Below are positions 9,243 to 16,354 of a DNA stretch of 20,000 bases, piece by piece (position 1 is the stretch's first letter; each line of letters begins with the position of its first letter). The notes beneath the pieces were generated by a model that saw only the letters and a program-made list of their open reading frames with translations, had not been told where the DNA came from and searched no databases. The stretch is from an uncultured virus (IMG/VR IMGVR_UViG_3300006752_000020). Taxonomy: Duplodnaviria; Heunggongvirae; Uroviricota; Caudoviricetes. A program made the position numbers and the translations under genes. Location: the IMG/VR virus record IMGVR_UViG_3300006752_000020; one strand, 5' to 3'.

Positions 9243-10050
9243 TGTGACGATGTTGCTTAATACTATTAACATTGTTAACTACGACATCCGCACATATTTT
9301 TCTATAGGGGCTGCGTGGGTGGAAACTAATTCCTGCCTTCATTAATTCTCCACAATTCTTAAGTCTGGCTAGCTCAAAGTCTAACCTCTTATTGGCAAGC
9401 ATTTGACCTTGAAGTGCATTTTGAGTATCTGCTGCTGCCTTACATCGTTCCTGTAACCCACCATCAAGTGGGAAAGAAATTGTTGCAGATAAACCAATAC
9501 TGGTACTATAGTTTCTAGTATCGCCAGTTCTCACTGGTTTCTTCCAAAGTTCACGACCTGGATTATCAGGAACACCGTCTCCAGCCATTTCCATGGTGGT
9601 GATAGTCATGTCTGCACCATCTTCAAATGCACGAACAGTCTCACCATCTGAGTTGGTATATGTTCTATCATCATACCAAGATTCCCATGGCCAGTTCTTG
9701 ACATTTTTTTGAGTCTCTACCATCTGACCTTCAAAATCTCTATTGTCATACTGAGGTTCCATATAATATGTGGAGAATGGATCCTTCTCATTACGAGCAT
9801 GAGTAATGAATGGTGTGATATTAGCAGTCGGTCCTTGACATGCAATACCCCCACCATATTGGTTGGTTATATATGGTCCTTGTAATACCTGAATAGCTTG
9901 GTTCGTAACTGAGCCTGAGCTATTTGCGATTGGGTTTGCTGTTGCACTTACACCCCCTACATCCGCTGCATGAGCAGGGGCAGCTACAACCACAGTCAGA
10001 ACAGATAGACATAAGGTTTTTACTGGGTAAAGATACTTGTTGTGTCGGTT
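9013..10050 (-). CDS. Exported, probably outer-membrane, hypothetical protein; true start uncertain
   Basis: The frame is open from 10311 to 9013, but its first ~95 codons overlap the 147-aa gene. A signal-like segment (KRNRHNKYLYPVKTLCLSVLTVVVAAPAHA|AD) begins near 10050. The mature part has amphipathic strands and a helix. The upper coordinate is approximate. Confidence 0.75.
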   Translation of the reverse strand, partial: NRHNKYLYPVKTLCLSVLTVVVAAPAHAADVGGVSATANPIANSSGSVTNQAIQVLQGPYITNQYGGGIACQGPTANITPFITHARNEKDPFSTYYMEPQYDNRDFEGQMVETQKNVKNWPWESWYDDRTYTNSDGETVRAFEDGADMTITTMEMAGDGVPDNPGRELWKKPVRTGDTRNYSTSIGLSATISFPLDGGLQERCKAAADTQNALQGQMLANKRLDFELARLKNCGELMKAGISFHPRSPYRKICADVVVNNVNSIKQHRHTIPSVSVPTVKSLSPGSDPVAQPSSQTQTVPGASYPVRSQSSSLPSSQSVSQPLTKDQQEALQAVQMSSRLQQLRR

Positions 10051-10463
10051 ACGCTTGTGACCTCGGTCAACCTTTGGATCACAGTTTGATTTGAAACCCC
10101 TGGACCGCTGTAAGTTTGAGTAAACTGAAAAGCCGCACCCGGATTTGTTATCTTGAAGTTTTGATTGGACATACTCAATGCTGAGTTGTTGCTCGTTATC
10201 TGCCCTTCTGTACCCCCAAGAGGATTTACTATCACAGAGTTTGTTGTTTGTGATGGAGTCAATGATTGTCCACCATTGTCCACATTTGTTCCGCTTACTG
10301 AATACTGCCATCCTGTTGCATAATCTATGGAATTAATCGTTTCAGTCACCTTCGATGTTGTCTCAGTGTGACTAGACATACTACCCTGAGTAAAATTTGG
10401 GACCACAGGGACCGCCATTACTGGAGATCCCATTAGTATGGTCAAGAGAAATATCTTCCTCAT
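10020..10463 (-). CDS. Secreted Thr/Ser/Gln-rich hypothetical protein (apparent paralogue of 10472-10969)
   Basis: 147 aa; signal peptide MRKIFLLTILMGSPVMA|; GAGG ribosome-binding motif upstream; motifs QYSVSGTNV and GAAFQFTQTY. Confidence 0.85.
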   Translation of the reverse strand: MRKIFLLTILMGSPVMAVPVVPNFTQGSMSSHTETTSKVTETINSIDYATGWQYSVSGTNVDNGGQSLTPSQTTNSVIVNPLGGTEGQITSNNSALSMSNQNFKITNPGAAFQFTQTYSGPGVSNQTVIQRLTEVTSVTDTTSIFTQ

Positions 10464-10471
10464 GATAAACC

Positions 10472-10969
10472 TCAGTCAATTACAGTGATTTCACTTACAA
10501 ATTGACCAATTGCTGTACTACCAGCTCCGCCAGCCGTCACCGTAAGAGCACCAGTAGTGCTAACAGTACCTGCTAGACTACCAGCAGTTCCTGCAGTGTA
10601 AGAAGTTACATTAGAGAAGTTTGGAGTTGTTCCTGTTGTTACTGCTGCAGTTGGGACTGCATCACCTTGAAGGTAGGAAGTACTGAAAGAGAATGCCTCT
10701 CCTGCAGTTGCTTGAGTTGCAGAAATATTTCCAGGAGAATATATTCCACTCGAAATTGTTCCAGCAGAAACAGCACCTGCCGTAGTTCCGTCTGTAGTAT
10801 TTACATTGGAACCAGAGATACTATACTGGGACCCTAATCTTGTTGCTGAACTTCTAGCAGAGTCCACAGTCAGTTGGACACTAGAAGACATTTTATGAAC
10901 TAATCCGCCAGCGTTTGCTACACTAGCGGTCATCAATAACATTCCAAAAGCTAGTAAAGCTTTCTTCAT
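10472..10969 (-). CDS. Secreted Thr/Ser/Gly/Ala-rich hypothetical protein
   Basis: 165 aa; classic Sec signal MKKALLAFGMLLMTASVANA|; motifs QYSISGSNV and GEAFSFSTSY. Confidence 0.85.
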   Translation of the reverse strand: MKKALLAFGMLLMTASVANAGGLVHKMSSSVQLTVDSARSSATRLGSQYSISGSNVNTTDGTTAGAVSAGTISSGIYSPGNISATQATAGEAFSFSTSYLQGDAVPTAAVTTGTTPNFSNVTSYTAGTAGSLAGTVSTTGALTVTAGGAGSTAIGQFVSEITVID

Positions 10970-11001
10970 TTTTATTTGATTGTAGGAGAACCTACATTAT
11001 A

Positions 11002-11085
11002 TAGGAGTAGGGAGACTTGAACTCCCACGAGATTACTCTCAACAGATTTTAAGTCTGGTGCGTCTACCTATTCCGCCATACTCCC
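11002..11085 (-). tRNA. trnL: tRNA-Leu (anticodon UAA), CCA not encoded
   Basis: Reverse complement GGGAGTATGGCGGAATAGGTAGACGCACCAGACTTAAAATCTGTTGAGAGTAATCTCGTGGGAGTTCAAGTCTCCCTACTCCTA folds as a cloverleaf: acceptor GGGAGTA/TACTCCT, anticodon loop CTTAAAA, long variable arm, T-loop TTCAAGT, discriminator A. Confidence 0.96.
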
Positions 11086-11562
11086 AAACCAATTGAAATT
11101 AATAACAAGTCTATGGTCATCTGTAGATGTAGTACCACTATGCATGGTATTTACTGGAAAAATGACCATACGATTTGCTACACTTGAAACTTTTTCTCCA
11201 TCCTCAAAATAAGTATATCCATTATTTGAATTGATATAGTAGACAGCTGTCCATTGATCTGGAAGAGTGGTTACCCTATCAATATGAAGAGCATTTTCTA
11301 AAAATATATCTCTCTTTGGACTAAAATTGGCTTTAATTCTAGTCCAATTATATGGGTTGATATATTTTGTGAATATATTAGTAACTTCCCTATTATAATT
11401 AGAACCGTATTGATATATGCATGTCACCATAGCATATAGGTTTGGATCTTCTTCACCCTCATACACTACATTTTTATTATAGAACCAATTGATATCCTTG
11501 AAGATATTAATTATTGTTTGGTGATCTTCTTCAGATAAAAAATTATCAAGAACCTTCATCAT
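11068..11562 (-). CDS. 2OG-Fe(II) oxygenase superfamily protein
   Basis: 164 aa with HxD (HID), TAVYYIN..NGYT.F, a distal His (MHSG) and RLVINFN. This fits the facial triad plus 2OG-binding Arg of cyanophage 2OG-Fe(II) oxygenases. Confidence 0.8.
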   Translation of the reverse strand: MMKVLDNFLSEEDHQTIINIFKDINWFYNKNVVYEGEEDPNLYAMVTCIYQYGSNYNREVTNIFTKYINPYNWTRIKANFSPKRDIFLENALHIDRVTTLPDQWTAVYYINSNNGYTYFEDGEKVSSVANRMVIFPVNTMHSGTTSTDDHRLVINFNWFGSMAE

Positions 11563-11665
11563 GATTAGTGTACATTTCTTCTAGATCATCATCTTCAGGA
11601 AACTCAAAGACTCCTGTTGCGTCATCTGTAGGTGGAATTTCTTTTTTCTCTTCAGGTTCTTGCAC
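11546..11665 (-). CDS. Putative small acidic protein (39 aa)
   Basis: GTG start with GGAGG 9 nt upstream; MQEPEEKKEIPPTDDATGVFEFPEDDDLEEMYTNHDEGS*; fills the talC-oxygenase gap and overlaps both neighbours. Confidence 0.55.
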   Translation of the reverse strand: MQEPEEKKEIPPTDDATGVFEFPEDDDLEEMYTNHDEGS

Positions 11666-12305
11666 TTTGCACAGCCTCCCAGTCTTTGTCAAAAATTTCT
11701 AGACCGTTATCAGTCAGAATATGATTATACATCTTTTCAAAGATTGTCGGTGGCATTGTTACAATTTCTGCACCATTATACCAAGACCGAACTGCTCTCT
11801 GCACACTACGAATGGAAGCAGAAAGAACTTTAGTTTCCATCCTATACATACGATATAGTTCAGAAATAGAACGAACTACTTCTAAACCAGCAATAGATTG
11901 ATCGTCAAGACGACCAACAAAAGGTGAAACATATGTAGCACCAGCTTTAGCTGCAAGGACTGCTTGAGCAGCACTAAAGATCAATGTTACATTTGTCCTG
12001 ATACCTTTACCAGAAAGATAATTACAAATTAAAAGACCCTCTGGAGTACATGGTAGTTTAATAGTGCAACAATCACCAAACTTTTGAGAAAGACGCAGTG
12101 CCTCAGAAGTCATCTCTTCTTGAGTACCAACAACCTCCATACTGATATCTTTGATACCAATGTTACGGAGTTCTTCGTAAACCTTTTCAGGGTCGCGACC
12201 ACTCTTCATAATCAAAGATGGATTAGTTGTTACACCATCGATTAGACCAGTAAGGTAGTGCTTTTGAATTACCTTTGTGTCAGCTGTGTCAAGAAAGATC
12301 TTCAT
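11652..12305 (-). CDS. talC: Transaldolase, TalC/FSA-type (auxiliary metabolic gene)
   Basis: 217 aa; MKIFLDTAD, GVTTNPSLI, Schiff-base Lys in IKLP, NVTLIFS, YVSPFVGRLDD, ASIR. Confidence 0.97.
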   Translation of the reverse strand: MKIFLDTADTKVIQKHYLTGLIDGVTTNPSLIMKSGRDPEKVYEELRNIGIKDISMEVVGTQEEMTSEALRLSQKFGDCCTIKLPCTPEGLLICNYLSGKGIRTNVTLIFSAAQAVLAAKAGATYVSPFVGRLDDQSIAGLEVVRSISELYRMYRMETKVLSASIRSVQRAVRSWYNGAEIVTMPPTIFEKMYNHILTDNGLEIFDKDWEAVQSART

Positions 12306-12323
12306 AATCTAATTAATACCGAT

Positions 12324-12566
12324 TTATTTAGTAGTAGCAACGATAGGATCTACCCAAAGAACTGCTTCTTCTGGAAGAAATGCTTGGCACATTTCAAGCA
12401 CACGAATGAACTCATCAGGAGTGTTGCACTCTAAGGTTTTTATAGTGTTCGTATCTGAGACACAAGCAAACCTCCTCTTACACATATCTACAACAACACA
12501 CTCAAGATACTCACCCTCTGCAGTCTCAAATGTAGAGTCTGCAAAACTGTACTCGTCGTCGTTCAT
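12324..12566 (-). CDS. Small acidic hypothetical protein
   Basis: 80-aa ORF directly downstream of the consensus promoter and co-oriented with its neighbours; VVVDMCKRRF...ECNTPDEFIRVL. Confidence 0.75.
   Translation of the reverse strand: MNDDEYSFADSTFETAEGEYLECVVVDMCKRRFACVSDTNTIKTLECNTPDEFIRVLEMCQAFLPEEAVLWVDPIVATTK
12325..12331 (-). promoter_or_regulatory. Late promoter-like motif (CTAAATA) upstream of talC
   Basis: Overlaps the stop codon of the 80-aa gene, about 20 nt before the talC ATG; same motif as at 7820-7834. Confidence 0.5.
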
Positions 12567-12589
12567 GAGGTTTTTTTATTTACCTGCCC

Positions 12590-12619
12590 ATTATAGGGCA
12601 CTCAGACACCCCGTGTCAA
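12590..12619 (-). promoter_or_regulatory. sigma70-type (early) promoter TTGACA-N18-TATAAT
   Basis: Minus strand has perfect TTGACA (12619-12614) and TATAAT (12595-12590) with an 18-nt spacer, about 24 nt upstream of the ATG at 12566. Confidence 0.85.
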
Positions 12620-13383
12620 CCCCCTCTCTTGTCATAATCATACCCAGAGATTGAGAATTGCTTATCATCTCCAGGATACTCTGCTGGAGTTTCTCCTTCA
12701 TACTCAACAATCAATGGATCTCCATCAATTCTAGACGCCCATACATGATAGAAACAATCGACTGATTTATCATCCGAATCTTTTACGACTATCTTCTCTT
12801 TATCAATCTCCATTACATTTAGATGGTAATGTCTCTCACCGATAGGTTGTAATTGAACAGTGATACTATCATAATCCACCAGACCATTCCAGTATTCAGG
12901 TAATTGAATTGTATTACTATCTTTAAGTCTACCTCTGATATAAACTCCTGCCTCTGGACCTTCAGCACAAATGTGTCTCAGTCTATGATTCTCTTTATTA
13001 GGATGCTTAATATCAAATCCTTTCCAAGATTGGACATTAATATTCCCTGCAAATGTAGGAGCAGTTACAGTACCAGATACATTAAGTACTCCAGTAATTT
13101 GAGTCGCCCCAGTAATACTTGTGGCAGCAGTAATAGTAACTACTCCATTGAGTGTAGTTGCACCAGCAACAGTCAATGTTCCTGAAGGTTTTATTGCATC
13201 AGGTAAAGGGTCAGGAACAATTGCAACATTGCCTGTGATTAAAATCTCACTTTTTCCTAAAATTGGACCGGTAACTACTGCTCCTGTTTGACAGTCAATA
13301 GGTGCTGCAAAAGCTGTTGGTAGTCCGTAATAATTACCTGGAGACCCAGTTCTCAGCGATGAGGTTATTGAATTATTTGTCAT
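12616..13383 (-). CDS. Short fibre/spike-like virion protein
   Basis: 255 aa; central 6-residue-period repeats (TLTVAG ATTLNG VVTITA ATSITG ATQITG VLNVSG) suggest a triple beta-helix; C-terminal KGFDIKHP...LRHICAEGPE...IQLPEYW domain resembles those ending phage fibre proteins. Confidence 0.7.
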   Translation of the reverse strand: MTNNSITSSLRTGSPGNYYGLPTAFAAPIDCQTGAVVTGPILGKSEILITGNVAIVPDPLPDAIKPSGTLTVAGATTLNGVVTITAATSITGATQITGVLNVSGTVTAPTFAGNINVQSWKGFDIKHPNKENHRLRHICAEGPEAGVYIRGRLKDSNTIQLPEYWNGLVDYDSITVQLQPIGERHYHLNVMEIDKEKIVVKDSDDKSVDCFYHVWASRIDGDPLIVEYEGETPAEYPGDDKQFSISGYDYDKRGG

Positions 13384-14216
13384 TATGGAAGAAATCCTCC
13401 GAGAGTAGATTTAATAGCACTATTAGCGACTCCGCCAATACCTGTTTTAGAGATTACACTATCGGCAACAAATCCACCTAGACCACCACCACCTGTGACA
13501 GCATCAACTGCTCCAGAAGCTAATGAACCCAGTCCACCGCCCCCTGTAACGGCACCTATTGCTCCAGAGGCTAATCCACCTAGACCACCACCACCAGTAA
13601 CGGCACCGAGTGCTCCAGAGGCTAATCCACCTAGACCACCTCCGGTAACAGCACTTAGTGCTCCACCGGCTACTCCAAGTAGAGTTGGAGATGCAAATGG
13701 TCCTACGAAAGATTCAACTATATCTCCAGGAACAAATGACCCGTCGAACATACCCATACCAAAAGTCTTTGCGACAGCATTACCTCGCTTACCTGTTGTA
13801 GCTACAGTATTTGCCTTCATAGAGATTCTTTGACCAGCAGTAATATTTACATTTCTTCCTCCATGAATATCAATATCTTGACTTGACTGTAGCATGATAT
13901 TCTTAGCATTGACCCTTACAGATCCATGATCCGCAGTAATAGTAATATCACCATTAGCAGCACTGATTCTAATATCAATAATCCCCGGAGAGTTTTTATC
14001 ACCGGCACGAACTTCTAAAGTTTTTTCTTGAGCAATTCTAGCTAACCCACCTTGAGTATGGGCGATTAGAAAAGTATCGTCATTATCATTAACAGAATAT
14101 ACCTTACATACTTCAGGACCCGTCGCCCCTTCGGTAGGATTACCAGTATCAATCCTAAAGTGAGCTCCTCTAGAATCAATAACTCTTCTTTTATGATTCT
14201 TTGGTTTACTTGCCAT
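13383..14216 (-). CDS. Putative gp5 C-terminal-like spike protein with glycine-rich repeat tail
   Basis: 277 aa directly after the gp5-like gene; ~8-residue-period beta repeats (DIRISAANGDITITADHGSVRVNAKNIMLQSSQDIDIHGGRNVNITAG), then Gly-rich repeats. Confidence 0.65.
   Translation of the reverse strand: MASKPKNHKRRVIDSRGAHFRIDTGNPTEGATGPEVCKVYSVNDNDDTFLIAHTQGGLARIAQEKTLEVRAGDKNSPGIIDIRISAANGDITITADHGSVRVNAKNIMLQSSQDIDIHGGRNVNITAGQRISMKANTVATTGKRGNAVAKTFGMGMFDGSFVPGDIVESFVGPFASPTLLGVAGGALSAVTGGGLGGLASGALGAVTGGGGLGGLASGAIGAVTGGGGLGSLASGAVDAVTGGGGLGGFVADSVISKTGIGGVANSAIKSTLGGFLP
13470..13664 (-). repeat. About 4 tandem copies of a ~51-nt (17-aa) coding repeat GA(L/I/V)xAVTGGGGLGGLAS
   Basis: Visible in the protein and in the DNA, for example GCTCCAGAGGCTAATCCACCTAGACCACC at 13561 and 13612, 51 nt apart. 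Confidence 0.9.
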
Positions 14217-16354
14217 TACACACCCTCACTAGATGGAATTGAACGAACACAATCGATTGCAGAAATAATTCCGACTTGACCAGTTCCTGTTGGAATTTTT
14301 CCAAATCCTGCTTTAAGAATTGCTCCAGATCCAGTTTCACTTAAAATTCTGAATTCTGGTAAGGTTTCATCAAATCTTAAAATATTTAGAACCTTAACTT
14401 CAAGTATACCACCATTATCATCAGTAACAATATCATAAATTGGTGATGGAGTTCCAATTCCAATAGGAGTATCTTTACCATCTTCAAAAGTATACTCTGG
14501 TCCCTCAGGAAGATTGATGAATACTAGTCCATCATCAGATACACCAGGAATTGTAACTCGGTCTCTTCCTGGTACATATCCAGATCCAGGATTGGTAACA
14601 ATAACCCTAGTGATTCCATCATTATTTGGATTATCTTCAGTTGGTCTTTCTGGATATGACTCTCCAGTTGTAAGCATGACAATTTCAATAACTTGATCAT
14701 TATTTTCTCCACCAAGAATGGCTTGTCCTACTGCACCATATCCAAGATTACATTTATCTCTGAAGTTGACAATAGGCGGGAATCGATATCCAGACCCAGT
14801 ATTCTTCATCTTAGCACCAATAATACTACCAGTTCTTTGAACACCAGCAAGAACTCCACCGAGTCCGGCATTTTCTACAAAATATCCCATAACAACTTCC
14901 GCAGCTGCACCAACACCACCACCGCCAAAGATTTCGACATAAGGTCCAGTACAGTTTCTAGGAGGACCACCATAACATCCACCAGGAATAACACTGTTAG
15001 CAGCAGTTTCGCCTAGTAATTCACCGTCACCAAAGATATCCCATTTACCCCATTTTCGTTCAAAATCATTAGTAAGATTTGCTGCACCTTTAGAAATTTT
15101 CAGCGCATCCATTACATATTCAAAAGGATCCTCTCCCTTTTCCTTACTAGTACCGCCAACGACATATTCTTTATCTTGCGGACACTTGCCTTTATTTGAT
15201 TGATTACAATCAAGGAATGATGCAACAGTATTGAGATTACTAGCTGCACTGGATAAGAAATCTGCAATTTGGAATCCAGGAGCAATAATTTTAGCAACAC
15301 CTTCAAGAGGACCTACCATCAAATCTGCAATTTGATCAATTATTGCACCAACAAATGCACCAGTAAACTGTGCTCCCTGACATCCAGCATATTCCCTTCC
15401 ACTATTAATCATATCCATCAAAAGATCTTCAATAGTGCCAGACAGAGCTTCTACAGCTTTATTTGCAACACAACCAATTGCTTCTTGTAAGAATTTTGAT
15501 GGACCAAGCATTGCTGTCTGTGCAGCAACACCAGCAAGGTGTGCAATGGTAGCAGATCCAGTTGATGCTAATACTTTAGAAAAAACCGCTGCATATAAAG
15601 CCTTCAATCCAGTTTGACCTAATGTTTCTAGTTTATCAAATAACTTTTCAATCATTGTACCAACAAATCTGTTGGCCTGAACTTCAATAATATCTGCTGC
15701 TAACCTAACTTCATTAGCAAGATTAGTGCCAGCAAGTGTGAGATTTTCTACTTTACTTGCTAAGTTCTCAACAACATTTGCCATCTCACTAATAGGATTA
15801 GTTTGGCAAGTATCAGCAGTTAATACTTTAGTCCCATTACCAGCATTATCTGGTTTTTTTGTTTTTGTTGAAGTATTAGGTGTTGGTTGAGTTGCTTTGT
15901 TTTGTTCGTTAGTTTCATCCTTTGGAACTCTGGCACTTTCAGGTGTATTAGAGCCATATGAACCATATGGTGCGAAAGGTGATTTATACTCTCCACTTTC
16001 TACAAAAGATGTTCTAGGAAAAGTTCCTAAAATCAAGGGTTGTTGTCCTTCCTCATCCAGAAAGAATCCAAAAACAACATCTCCCTGTTGAACTAGGGTT
16101 GATTGTGCATAATTTGCCCCACCTGCACCAGAAGTTGTTGGGAGAGCAAGTATAGCATAAGGTAGATTTTTATTATCAATATCTTCGTTATATGGGTGAC
16201 AACCCATGATACGAACTTTGCACCTGTTACCCCACCCTTCACCCTTTACAAGCTGTTCTTCCTGTGCATCATCAGGAGCAACTTGTCCGATAAAGGCTCT
16301 AAGTGTACCTAGTCCAAAATAACTAGTAAGTGGGAAATCAGGAATTTTTGACAT
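14216..16354 (-). CDS. Baseplate hub subunit, T4 gp5-like (N-terminal OB fold; no lysozyme domain recognised)
   Basis: 712 aa; RCKVRIMGCHP...LPYA...PTTSGAG...GDVVFGFFLD...QQPLILG fits the gp5 N-terminal OB-fold pattern; GSGY beta repeats at the C-terminus. Confidence 0.8.
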   Translation of the reverse strand: MSKIPDFPLTSYFGLGTLRAFIGQVAPDDAQEEQLVKGEGWGNRCKVRIMGCHPYNEDIDNKNLPYAILALPTTSGAGGANYAQSTLVQQGDVVFGFFLDEEGQQPLILGTFPRTSFVESGEYKSPFAPYGSYGSNTPESARVPKDETNEQNKATQPTPNTSTKTKKPDNAGNGTKVLTADTCQTNPISEMANVVENLASKVENLTLAGTNLANEVRLAADIIEVQANRFVGTMIEKLFDKLETLGQTGLKALYAAVFSKVLASTGSATIAHLAGVAAQTAMLGPSKFLQEAIGCVANKAVEALSGTIEDLLMDMINSGREYAGCQGAQFTGAFVGAIIDQIADLMVGPLEGVAKIIAPGFQIADFLSSAASNLNTVASFLDCNQSNKGKCPQDKEYVVGGTSKEKGEDPFEYVMDALKISKGAANLTNDFERKWGKWDIFGDGELLGETAANSVIPGGCYGGPPRNCTGPYVEIFGGGGVGAAAEVVMGYFVENAGLGGVLAGVQRTGSIIGAKMKNTGSGYRFPPIVNFRDKCNLGYGAVGQAILGGENNDQVIEIVMLTTGESYPERPTEDNPNNDGITRVIVTNPGSGYVPGRDRVTIPGVSDDGLVFINLPEGPEYTFEDGKDTPIGIGTPSPIYDIVTDDNGGILEVKVLNILRFDETLPEFRILSETGSGAILKAGFGKIPTGTGQVGIISAIDCVRSIPSSEGV

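Noticed and set aside
9920..10012. Metallothionein-like mini-ORF on the minus strand, MSICSDCGCSCPCSCSGCRGCKCNSKPNRK*, with an ATG just after the 147-aa gene's stop
   Set aside because: It lies wholly within the exported-protein CDS in another frame. The TGT/TGC codons arise from shifted Ala/Val codons of the signal peptide, and there is no clear RBS. It would deserve a second look only if Ribo-seq showed initiation at 10012.
10051..10311. N-terminal extension of the 432-aa ORF as listed in the ORF track
   Set aside because: It overlaps the well-supported 147-aa gene and precedes a signal-like segment, so it is not accepted as the true N-terminus. It is kept as an open question in the findings.
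13470..13664. Tandem repeat as a possible CRISPR-like or non-coding array
   Set aside because: No unique spacers; the period is in frame and the variation is largely synonymous, so it is a coding repeat.
12406..16091. Plus-strand and alternative-frame ORFs, including the Pro-rich repeat ORF at 13495-13833
   Set aside because: Shadows of minus-strand genes; the Pro repeats are the reverse complement of Gly codons.
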